This document shows positions 49,844 to 57,273 of a stretch of DNA of 64,000 nucleotides, in pieces. Each line of letters starts with the position of its first letter. The first letter of the stretch is position 1. Origin of the DNA: a virus. The position numbers and the translations under genes were made by a program. The stretch lies in the IMG/VR virus record IMGVR_UViG_3300003690_000002, positions 64,001 to 128,000 of that record. The stretch is one strand, 5' to 3'. Below the pieces are notes generated by a model. It was not told the DNA's origin. It saw only the letters and a program-made list of their open reading frames with translations, and made no database searches.

Positions 49844-50431
49844 TTATATCCCCTCATATAAATCAACGTATTCTTCCCAATCTTCTTCCGGGTCAAACGG
49901 TTTAACATCCGGCTCTGTTATTTCAGGCTTTTCAGGTGTTTTTTCAATAATTTTATTAGAAAATTGTTGCAAAGTTGACATATTTTGCTTAAAAAACACG
50001 AAAAAGAAGGGATTTTCATCACCTTCGTACTTAAATTCCTCTTTTTTTTCTTTAAATACCCCAAATTTATTATTTTTTGGTATAAATTTTTTCCAAACTC
50101 GAACTGCATCTGGGCTAGTTTCGTAGCTATCTGGTGAAAGACCTTTTTCTCCTGCCAATTCTAGAGCCATTAAGTACATGATTGTACCCACCCTTTCGCT
50201 ATTCTTGGGAGAAGATGACCACGATACTTCCCAATTAGGTACATCTATGCGTTTTTCAATAGAAATATAGGCATTTGTACCACTTTTTTTACTTGCTACT
50301 GGTTCTTTTGTGCTTATATCAAGTATATTTATGGTTATATCTTTTGAAGATTTTGTGATGTGATAAAAAAAATCATATGGGCTCTTATTCATATTTCTAT
50401 ATTCTCGCCAATTTTCAAGTAGGAGTTTCAT
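49844..50431 (-). CDS. ENW-leader protein, possible GNAT-like fold
   Basis: Leader MKLLLENWREY; ERVGTIMYLMALE...GLSPDSYETSPDAVRVWKKF resembles phage GNAT-like domains. Confidence 0.6.
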   Translation of the reverse strand: MKLLLENWREYRNMNKSPYDFFYHITKSSKDITINILDISTKEPVASKKSGTNAYISIEKRIDVPNWEVSWSSSPKNSERVGTIMYLMALELAGEKGLSPDSYETSPDAVRVWKKFIPKNNKFGVFKEKKEEFKYEGDENPFFFVFFKQNMSTLQQFSNKIIEKTPEKPEITEPDVKPFDPEEDWEEYVDLYEGI

Positions 50432-50637
50432 TTATTTTCTCTCTTAATAGTATGTTTATTCCACTTTTGTAATTTTTTAATTAAATTCTCAAGGTTCCAT
50501 TTTCTTGGAACACAACACATTGGGAAAATAGCATGCAATAAAAAAACAATACCTCTAAATATTAAAACTAAACCAACTTTGCTAGCAAAAATTAAATGGC
50601 TCAAATAAGTTTCATTATTTTTCTTAAAATGATTCAT
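50428..50637 (-). CDS. DUF6356-like small membrane protein
   Basis: NHFKKNNETYLSHLIFA...LLHAIFP. Confidence 0.7.
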   Translation of the reverse strand: MNHFKKNNETYLSHLIFASKVGLVLIFRGIVFLLHAIFPMCCVPRKWNLENLIKKLQKWNKHTIKRENK

Positions 50638-51266
50638 ACTTTAACTAGTTCTTTTTTTTCAAGGTCTAGTTTGTATCCAATTATTTCAGGATCAACTTCA
50701 CCTACGTTAAAAAAATCAAAACCAGGCAATATTGCTATTTTTTGTTCTGGAAAGGATCCTCTTTTTATAAAATAGCTAGCTTGACCTATAACTTCTGTAA
50801 ACAATGCTCCTGCGGCTTTAGGAGGGACCGTTTTCATATGTCCATTATATGCTGCTATTTCTCCTTGTAATGTAAAATCTGCACCTCTTTGACAGTGTGT
50901 CATGTAATCGTGTACTGCTCGTGTTTTTAAATTAAACTCGGGCTCAAATATAGGATGCTCCGTCCCGCCAGTCCAAATTTTTAAAACGCCATTTTGTGCG
51001 GCATCAGCGCACATTTCTTTCTCAGATGGGTAAGGATCTTCTTCTACAAACTGAACATCTACTCTAGATTGGATTCTTTGAAACATTTTATTGACAAATG
51101 GCTCTAGAGCTTCAAAAGAAGAAACTGCAGTGGGGTCAAACTCCGGAGCATTTTCATACGCTTGTGTAACTAATTCTCCATAAAGATCCCAACCATTTGG
51201 ACCAGGCTTAAGCATTAATTTTTCTGTTAATATAAATTCTCGCCAATTTTCAAGTAAAAGTTTCAT
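50634..51266 (-). CDS. ENW-leader protein with RAVHDxxxH motif
   Basis: Start moved to MKLLLENWREFILTE (ATGA overlap); RAVHDYMTH...GE...H. Confidence 0.75.
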   Translation of the reverse strand: MKLLLENWREFILTEKLMLKPGPNGWDLYGELVTQAYENAPEFDPTAVSSFEALEPFVNKMFQRIQSRVDVQFVEEDPYPSEKEMCADAAQNGVLKIWTGGTEHPIFEPEFNLKTRAVHDYMTHCQRGADFTLQGEIAAYNGHMKTVPPKAAGALFTEVIGQASYFIKRGSFPEQKIAILPGFDFFNVGEVDPEIIGYKLDLEKKELVKV

Positions 51267-51802
51267 GCCTGTACCCCCATAGGTGCACCGCCCCACAAAT
51301 ATCGAAATTTAAGAGAGGGTTTGTACGGATCGCCGTCGTCAATATAAACGCTGATATTCGTCACCGGGATCTCCTCGCCCTTTTTAAAAGCCACCTCCGA
51401 TTCATCATAAAACATTTTAGGTTCTTCACCAGCTGCCTGCGGATCGTAACCAAAATCTTCTGCAACCATTGCTGAGAGAATGACATGGAGTGTTTTCCCG
51501 CGATTTTTAGCGCCCCACGGGCTTGCAAAACTCACGGCAACCCTTCGGTCAAGAGTCCAAGAAATTCCAATGCCTCGATCAACCGCCTGGGCAAGTAGAA
51601 TCCGTGCGGCTTCTGGTGCGCTTAAGCCTGCGGGTTTGTCCCGAGCAATCTTTCTAATTTGAGATGCCAAAGTTGCAGAAGGCATATCCAATGCCATGCC
51701 TCTATATATTTTTCGCATTTTCTTGGGGCGGGATGGCTCTGATTGTTCTAGCAAGTACTCTCGCCAATTTTCAAGTAGGAGTTTGATTGCTAATCCTCCC
51801 AT
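51263..51802 (-). CDS. ENW-leader ADP-ribosyltransferase (R-S-E clade)
   Basis: IYRGM, GISWT, DESEV. The leader begins at ATC 51787 or at the upstream ATG 51802. Confidence 0.7.
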   Translation of the reverse strand: MGGLAIKLLLENWREYLLEQSEPSRPKKMRKIYRGMALDMPSATLASQIRKIARDKPAGLSAPEAARILLAQAVDRGIGISWTLDRRVAVSFASPWGAKNRGKTLHVILSAMVAEDFGYDPQAAGEEPKMFYDESEVAFKKGEEIPVTNISVYIDDGDPYKPSLKFRYLWGGAPMGVQA

Positions 51803-52200
51803 TGTGCTGGTTCTCTATGGCGCGTTAAATCAGTTACTACATTCTTGATGCGATTATGATAATCCTTTAAAGATTGTTCACCATATCGATATGGATCGAT
51901 ATAATCTTGTAATGCCACCTCTTTTGTTTTATATTTAAAATCATCAGAATTGCCGCTGTAAATATACATTGTTTTTAAAATACTATTAATTTCATTTTTA
52001 TCTTCTGTGGTTTTAAGTTTATCAAAAAAATCTAATAGTGTATTTGTCTGGTGAATGTTTTTGGATGGGTTCTTAATGATATCTAACTTTGTGATTTGTG
52101 AAAAAGTTTTTCCAATATCCCATGGTTCATCTTTAGGAGGAGGAAAAGAATCAATTCGTTCGTTTAAATATCGCCGCCAATTTTCAAGTAGGAGTTTCAT
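51790..52200 (-). CDS. ENW-leader hypothetical protein
   Basis: MKLLLENWRRYLNE. Confidence 0.75.
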   Translation of the reverse strand: MKLLLENWRRYLNERIDSFPPPKDEPWDIGKTFSQITKLDIIKNPSKNIHQTNTLLDFFDKLKTTEDKNEINSILKTMYIYSGNSDDFKYKTKEVALQDYIDPYRYGEQSLKDYHNRIKNVVTDLTRHREPAQWED

Positions 52201-52205
52201 ATTAT

Positions 52206-52213
52206 TAATTAGT
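52206..52213 (-). promoter_or_regulatory. putative phage late-promoter octamer ACTA[TAG]TTA (representative copy)
   Basis: Also found just upstream of starts at 33370, 38722, 45481, 48674, 49631, 56406, 56646 and 59328. Confidence 0.5.
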
Positions 52214-52238
52214 TCAAATATATTGAATTCTTCTTATA

Positions 52239-52559
52239 TTAGACCGCGAAGGAAGAACCACAGCCGCAGGTGCGGGTCGCGTTGGGGTTCTCGAAATGGA
52301 AGCCGGAGAACTTAAAGGACTCGATGTAGTCGATGGTCGTGCCATCCAGATATTGGTGGCTCATGGGATCGACGTACACCTTCAAGCCATCACGCTCAAT
52401 GACTGAATCGCCCGCATTCTCTTGGTTTTCCAGATCCATATCGTAGGTGAACCCGGAGCATCCACCGCCGACGACCATCAGCCGAAGACCATAGCCTTCC
52501 AACCCTTGCTGATTGGCTAATTCTTGTACTTTTTTAATTGCTTTTACTGTAATGTTCAT
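52239..52559 (-). CDS. iscA: A-type Fe-S carrier protein (IscA/SufA/ErpA, HesB family)
   Basis: GGGCSG...Y, VDPMS..YLDG..IDY, F.NPNA..TCGCGSSF. Confidence 0.95.
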   Translation of the reverse strand: MNITVKAIKKVQELANQQGLEGYGLRLMVVGGGCSGFTYDMDLENQENAGDSVIERDGLKVYVDPMSHQYLDGTTIDYIESFKFSGFHFENPNATRTCGCGSSFAV

Positions 52560-52592
52560 TTAAATATCTCTACTAGTTTTTAAGTATATGTT

Positions 52593-53039
52593 TTACTGTG
52601 GGACTTCTTCTACTATGCCCTTTATATTAATCCCGCTCAAAGGTTCAAAACTTTCTTCTGGTATTTTATTGGAATGGAAAGGTTTTCCACCTCCTTCGCG
52701 ATTTACAGCAACCGTGACGTGAGGAAAAGATATCTTTTTACTAATCTCACCAGGAGCTTGGACCTTTACTGCCATAGCACGTTCATCTCGCCCCACGGCA
52801 ATAACTGATAATGTGATTTCAGATCCCAAAGGGTAATCTTTTGAAAAATCATGTTTGCCTTTGGGGTGAACTAGCGAAGCAAAAGGAGCAATTGTCATAT
52901 GATGTACAACCGGCTCCCAGCCTTCAGGGATATCTAATTCTAGAAGCTTATTACGCGATTCTTCATCTAATACTACACCGGAATAAGCAATTGCTTCGGT
53001 TAATGTATACTGTCGCCAATTTTCAAATAAAAGTTTCAC
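52593..53039 (-). CDS. ENW-leader 2H phosphoesterase
   Basis: GTG start, MKLLFENWRQY; two HxT motifs HHMTI and PHVTV. Confidence 0.75.
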   Translation of the reverse strand: MKLLFENWRQYTLTEAIAYSGVVLDEESRNKLLELDIPEGWEPVVHHMTIAPFASLVHPKGKHDFSKDYPLGSEITLSVIAVGRDERAMAVKVQAPGEISKKISFPHVTVAVNREGGGKPFHSNKIPEESFEPLSGINIKGIVEEVPQ

Positions 53040-53965
53040 TATTGTCTCCTCGTTTTTTTATAAACATCGTATACTTCTTTACTCGATTCTGTGCCTTTTT
53101 TAGCTAGGGATTTACCATAATCCAAGGTTTGCTGCAAATTACCTTCCCACTTAATAGTTACTTCACGGTACCAAGCTTCTGTACGAGCGCCAATATCAAT
53201 CCACCGGTCAAGTAATTCTACTCTGTCTCTTTCCGGAAGATCTTTCGCAAAATCTTCACCTCGGACCACATCTTTAAGCCCATCATATAAGACATTTAAA
53301 CCTTTATCGATCCCTTCCTTAGAGTTCATAAAATCATGTTTACCTTTTGCTTGGTGTAAATCGTCAATGCTGGCTAATAGTTTATATAAATGAGTGGGAG
53401 TTTTACCCTTCTCTTGACGTATATCAATAATGTCGACCAATTGTCCTTTCATTCCATCGACAATATTATCAGATACAGGCTTACCGCCGTAAGTAAGCTT
53501 CGCTTGGGCTTCGTTCTCAAATAGTACAGCAAAAGCAATATAAAAAGCAACTACAGTTAGCGTCATAGTCGCGACTTTACATACTGTGGGGTGGCTGCCG
53601 CAAAATCCTTGTACCTTCCTAATTAACCATCCTATTGATTTTAATGCTGCCATACCTGCCCTTCTAGCCAAGTCGACAAGCTGTACGGATTTTTCTAAAA
53701 TCCAATCATTTATCTTTTCCCACCCTTTCTGCAACAAGCCTGAACGTTCAGATGGAGGCTTATAATCAGGATCTGCTGTTAATTCGGCTTCTTTTTCCCA
53801 ATCTATTCCTATTTCTTCATTTAGAGAATTAAGTTCGAATAGTACAATATCTTGCCATCTTTCAATTAATTGATTATCAGAAATCAATCGTTTATCATGT
53901 TGTTCGCATATTAATTGAAATGGATTATCATTATATTTTCGCCAGTTTTCAAGTATGAGTTTCAT
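53039..53965 (-). CDS. ENW-leader hypothetical protein with one hydrophobic helix
   Basis: MKLILENWRKY; VATMTLTVVAFYIAFAVLF segment. Confidence 0.75.
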   Translation of the reverse strand: MKLILENWRKYNDNPFQLICEQHDKRLISDNQLIERWQDIVLFELNSLNEEIGIDWEKEAELTADPDYKPPSERSGLLQKGWEKINDWILEKSVQLVDLARRAGMAALKSIGWLIRKVQGFCGSHPTVCKVATMTLTVVAFYIAFAVLFENEAQAKLTYGGKPVSDNIVDGMKGQLVDIIDIRQEKGKTPTHLYKLLASIDDLHQAKGKHDFMNSKEGIDKGLNVLYDGLKDVVRGEDFAKDLPERDRVELLDRWIDIGARTEAWYREVTIKWEGNLQQTLDYGKSLAKKGTESSKEVYDVYKKTRRQ

Positions 53966-53980
53966 TTAATCCTCCTTAAG

Positions 53981-54748
53981 TCAAAGTGCTTCATTTATAT
54001 ATTCTTGTGGTTCAAGTTCAATCTTCGCGTGGGGATATCTGCTCATTAAATAATATCTCCATAATTCTCTAATTCTTCTTACTAGTGGGGTCAATTCTTC
54101 TTCTGCATATCCATAATTTAATCCAGTGTAATAAATTTCATTAATTATGTTATCAAGAAGCTCTCCAATTGGTTGTTTTTCTGTTTTTGCTCTTTTATAA
54201 ACTCCTGCGACGTGTCCTTTTACTTCAGATTCGCTTGTATAATAATCTTTAGCGGTTTGTAAAGTTTTCCATATTTCTTTGTCAGGAATCTTTTCGTAAA
54301 CTTTTTTAAGCATTTCAGTTGGCTGTCCGCTATGTTCTAACTCGTGGCGTAACGTTTCTTTGAGTTTTGGAATTAATTCTGAAAAATCTTTATTGGTATA
54401 AAGTTGTGGGAACTCAATATTAACATATACATCTGATAATTGTCGATCCTCTTCTGGTGCGTCTAAAATCCAATCATAGCTTCCATGTACAATAATACTG
54501 TGATCGTCTTCTAAATCAGATATTTTAACATTAACAATTATATCTCTAACCCATTTCAAATCTTCTAGCAGATCTGCTACTAGTGTAAATGTGGCTTCTC
54601 CGTTACTTTCAATATATGATCTTAGATCTTCATCTTTGAGCGCTTTAATAATTTCTCTTGAAAAATCAGTTGCATAACGATCTAAGCGTCGACCAGTAGT
54701 CCCAGCTTCATTTATAAATGTACGCCAATTTTCAAGTAGGAGTTTCAT
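53981..54748 (-). CDS. ENW-leader HExxH metallopeptidase-like protein
   Basis: MKLLLENWRTFINE; LRHELEHSGQ...ESEV.GH. Confidence 0.7.
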   Translation of the reverse strand: MKLLLENWRTFINEAGTTGRRLDRYATDFSREIIKALKDEDLRSYIESNGEATFTLVADLLEDLKWVRDIIVNVKISDLEDDHSIIVHGSYDWILDAPEEDRQLSDVYVNIEFPQLYTNKDFSELIPKLKETLRHELEHSGQPTEMLKKVYEKIPDKEIWKTLQTAKDYYTSESEVKGHVAGVYKRAKTEKQPIGELLDNIINEIYYTGLNYGYAEEELTPLVRRIRELWRYYLMSRYPHAKIELEPQEYINEAL

Positions 54749-54972
54749 TTCTTTAGTAACTCCTCAATATCATTCATTATTTGTTCAAGTTTTTCAATCT
54801 TTTCTACGGGGATTGACGCCATATTATAGTGTATGTCTGCTAATTTTTGTCCTAGCGCATCTTCAAGTTGAATAACATATTGTAAATTATCTTCACTGAT
54901 TTTTGGGCGATGAGGAAATTGTATAACTTCACCTTCAAGAAGTTTTCGCCAATGTTCCAGTAAAAGTTTCAT
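54745..54972 (-). CDS. ENW-leader small protein
   Basis: MKLLLEHWRKLLE. Confidence 0.7.
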   Translation of the reverse strand: MKLLLEHWRKLLEGEVIQFPHRPKISEDNLQYVIQLEDALGQKLADIHYNMASIPVEKIEKLEQIMNDIEELLKK

Positions 54973-54982
54973 TTAGTATTCC

Positions 54983-55765
54983 TTATACTATGTTATTTCC
55001 ATTAATTGACATCATTTTATCATAAGATAATATTCTTAAGCTCGATAATTTTTGAAGATAATCGTTTCTTCTTAGGACTTTGAATGCTAAGTTTTCAACT
55101 GAGAATGCTCCTCTCGTCTCTAACCCACACTGTCTAAATTTCCTTATTTTTTCCCTAAGCTGTTCTGAAGCGTTTAATGCTAACTTGTACTCTTTGTTAG
55201 AAAACATCTCATAGACTTCATCTATATCTTCCATTAATCTTGCAGCTTTTTTCTTAACATTTATATAATCAATCTTTGGGTTTTCTTTTGAGGGCTCTGT
55301 TACCCATCCATTATCAATTATTGAATATACTCCTGTTGAGTGATGTGGTTCACCTGAGTTTTGTACGTATAGTTCTACTTCAAATCCTTTTATTTTTATA
55401 TTGTGATTTTTATTCCATATACTTGAGCTTTTTCTTAAAAAATCTCCAACTAATTCAAAATTTTCATCAACTTCTTTATAATCAATTATAATATGTAAAT
55501 CTATATCTGAATATTTAGACCAAGTATAGTTTGCTAAAGACCCCGTAATTGTAATATCTAAAATTTTAACCCAATGCAGCCCAAGGCTTTCAAAAAAATC
55601 ATTTGCTACTTTATAAAGTTTATTTTTTATTTTTGATTTTAATTTGCCTCTTTCCCACACATCTGAATTAAGCTCATCTTGTATCTCAAAGCTTGAAACG
55701 TCAACGGATTCTGGATTGACTAATTCTTCAAGGTAAATCTCCCAATTTTCAAAGAGTTTTCGCAT
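54983..55765 (-). CDS. ENW-leader pol-beta-superfamily nucleotidyltransferase
   Basis: MRKLFENWEIYLEE; ITGSLANY...SDIDLH (GS..DxD), EVELY. Confidence 0.85.
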   Translation of the reverse strand: MRKLFENWEIYLEELVNPESVDVSSFEIQDELNSDVWERGKLKSKIKNKLYKVANDFFESLGLHWVKILDITITGSLANYTWSKYSDIDLHIIIDYKEVDENFELVGDFLRKSSSIWNKNHNIKIKGFEVELYVQNSGEPHHSTGVYSIIDNGWVTEPSKENPKIDYINVKKKAARLMEDIDEVYEMFSNKEYKLALNASEQLREKIRKFRQCGLETRGAFSVENLAFKVLRRNDYLQKLSSLRILSYDKMMSINGNNIV

Positions 55766-56393
55766 ATTTTAATTCCTCTAGCTCTTCAATTGTTTTATTA
55801 ACAGATGTATGTAATATTGCAATTCCGCCGACCTTTTCCCATGGAACTGTGTTTATTGTGAAGTCATCAATTAGCACATTAGGTTTTTCATCTGCAATTG
55901 CCCATTTATATTTTTCGTGCGACATAAATATTTTTTTTGGTTCTGGGTGAAGATTGTTTTTAATCCAAATTTCTTTTCCTCTTTTTGATCCTTCACCTTT
56001 CATCGGTGCTGTTAAAATATAAGGATCGAATTTGCTTATATAAGACCATAATTCTTTTCCGCCTTCAGCCCAGGGGAGATTTGCCCAAAAATCTTCATTA
56101 TCTTCAAGTCGTTTATACATATATTTTCTTGCAGCCTGTAATCTATTCTCTTTATCCATTTTATCTAAATCTTGCGGAGTAACTGAATCGCGTCCAAGTT
56201 TAGAAAGTACGTGCCTTAATTTCTCCATTTTTTTGTCAGTAATGTTTTTATCTTTTAAATCTAAATTTATTTGTTCAAGTGCGCCAGTTTCAAAATCTAC
56301 CAACACTCCATCCATGTCGCAATAAATTTGATATGGAAAACTTTCATTTCCTTCTTGTAAATAATTTTGCCAATTTTTTAAATATTTTTCCAT
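55749..56393 (-). CDS. ENW-leader HAD 5'(3')-deoxyribonucleotidase-like protein
   Basis: MEKYLKNWQNYLQE; YCDMDGVLVDF, ILTAP, GK..W, LIDD. Confidence 0.85.
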   Translation of the reverse strand: MEKYLKNWQNYLQEGNESFPYQIYCDMDGVLVDFETGALEQINLDLKDKNITDKKMEKLRHVLSKLGRDSVTPQDLDKMDKENRLQAARKYMYKRLEDNEDFWANLPWAEGGKELWSYISKFDPYILTAPMKGEGSKRGKEIWIKNNLHPEPKKIFMSHEKYKWAIADEKPNVLIDDFTINTVPWEKVGGIAILHTSVNKTIEELEELKYAKTL

Positions 56394-56423
56394 AATTACA
56401 ATATATAAATAGTTTTTAATTGA

Positions 56424-56636
56424 TTAAGCTTCTGACAGCACTTCAATTAATTCAAGTTTTATTATCTCCATATATGGTCTTTTTTTTAAACTCTGTTCAC
56501 CTTTTGGGAACCATATAACATCTGCCCTTGGGGGATGTTTATCAATTATTCTAATAATAAAACCATAACGCCATATACTAATACCTCTATCTAAATAAAT
56601 TTTTTGTCTAATGTATGTTCCAGTTGGTAAACACAT
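56424..56636 (-). CDS. small hypothetical (SH3-like) protein
   Basis: 70 aa; ACTAATTA motif 10 nt upstream. Confidence 0.55.
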   Translation of the reverse strand: MCLPTGTYIRQKIYLDRGISIWRYGFIIRIIDKHPPRADVIWFPKGEQSLKKRPYMEIIKLELIEVLSEA

Positions 56637-56678
56637 CTCATAAGTTAATTAGTTAATAAATTGCATGTATGGTTTATT

Positions 56679-56891
56679 TTATAGATTATAGAAAGATTCA
56701 TTCATATGTCCACATGACGAGCAGTGGAATAGTTGAACAGGTACCATCATTTCTTGACCAGTGGGGGAGATTAGCGCAGACAATTTTTTAATAGCATATA
56801 CTTGTTTAAAAAATAAGCAGCCACACTCTTCACATGTGGCATCTTCAGCATCGTTTAAATTAATATTTAAATTTTGATTATCTTGATTCAT
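56679..56891 (-). CDS. zinc-ribbon protein
   Basis: CEECG...CSSCGH; start moved to 56891. Confidence 0.75.
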   Translation of the reverse strand: MNQDNQNLNINLNDAEDATCEECGCLFFKQVYAIKKLSALISPTGQEMMVPVQLFHCSSCGHMNESFYNL

Positions 56892-57201
56892 CTTCACTAA
56901 CTCTACTTGGGTCACTATCATTAAGTTTTCTAATAGCATGTCTAAGCAGTTCTTTTGCCAACTTGCTTGGATCTACTTCAGGCGAAGTGTGATCTATGCT
57001 ATCTTGTGCTAATCGTAGTGCTAACTCTCTTAATTCCTCTGCCGCTCCCTCATGGGCTTTGGATAATTCTTTTTGATACAACGCAGAGGCGAAATCTGTT
57101 TGTGGGGGGTTTTTAAAATAACTAAACTTATCATCATTATAGTCTAATTCGACAAGGCTTTCTTGAATTAGATTTTTTAATTGATTTCGTGTAAGTTTCA
57201 T
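56878..57201 (-). CDS. MKLT-leader hypothetical protein
   Basis: MKLTRNQLKNLIQE. Confidence 0.7.
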   Translation of the reverse strand: MKLTRNQLKNLIQESLVELDYNDDKFSYFKNPPQTDFASALYQKELSKAHEGAAEELRELALRLAQDSIDHTSPEVDPSKLAKELLRHAIRKLNDSDPSRVSEDESR

Positions 57202-57241
57202 TGCATTATAACTAGCAGTTGAGTATGTAAAGTGGTAAATT

Positions 57242-57260
57242 GTCCCCGTAAAACGGGGAC
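57242..57260. terminator. GC-rich hairpin, probable intrinsic terminator
   Basis: GTCCCCGT-AAA-ACGGGGAC perfect 8-bp stem just past the stop of the 57274-57852 gene; the U-tract on the minus strand is weak. Confidence 0.55.
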
Positions 57261-57273
57261 TTAAAAAAATTTT

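Larger units (their letters stand above)
50406..54748. repeat. dispersed 26-bp repeat encoding the ENW leader
   Basis: ATGAAACTCCTACTTGAAAATTGGCG is identical at 50406-50431, 52175-52200 and 54723-54748, and has one mismatch at 51762-51787. Confidence 0.95.
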
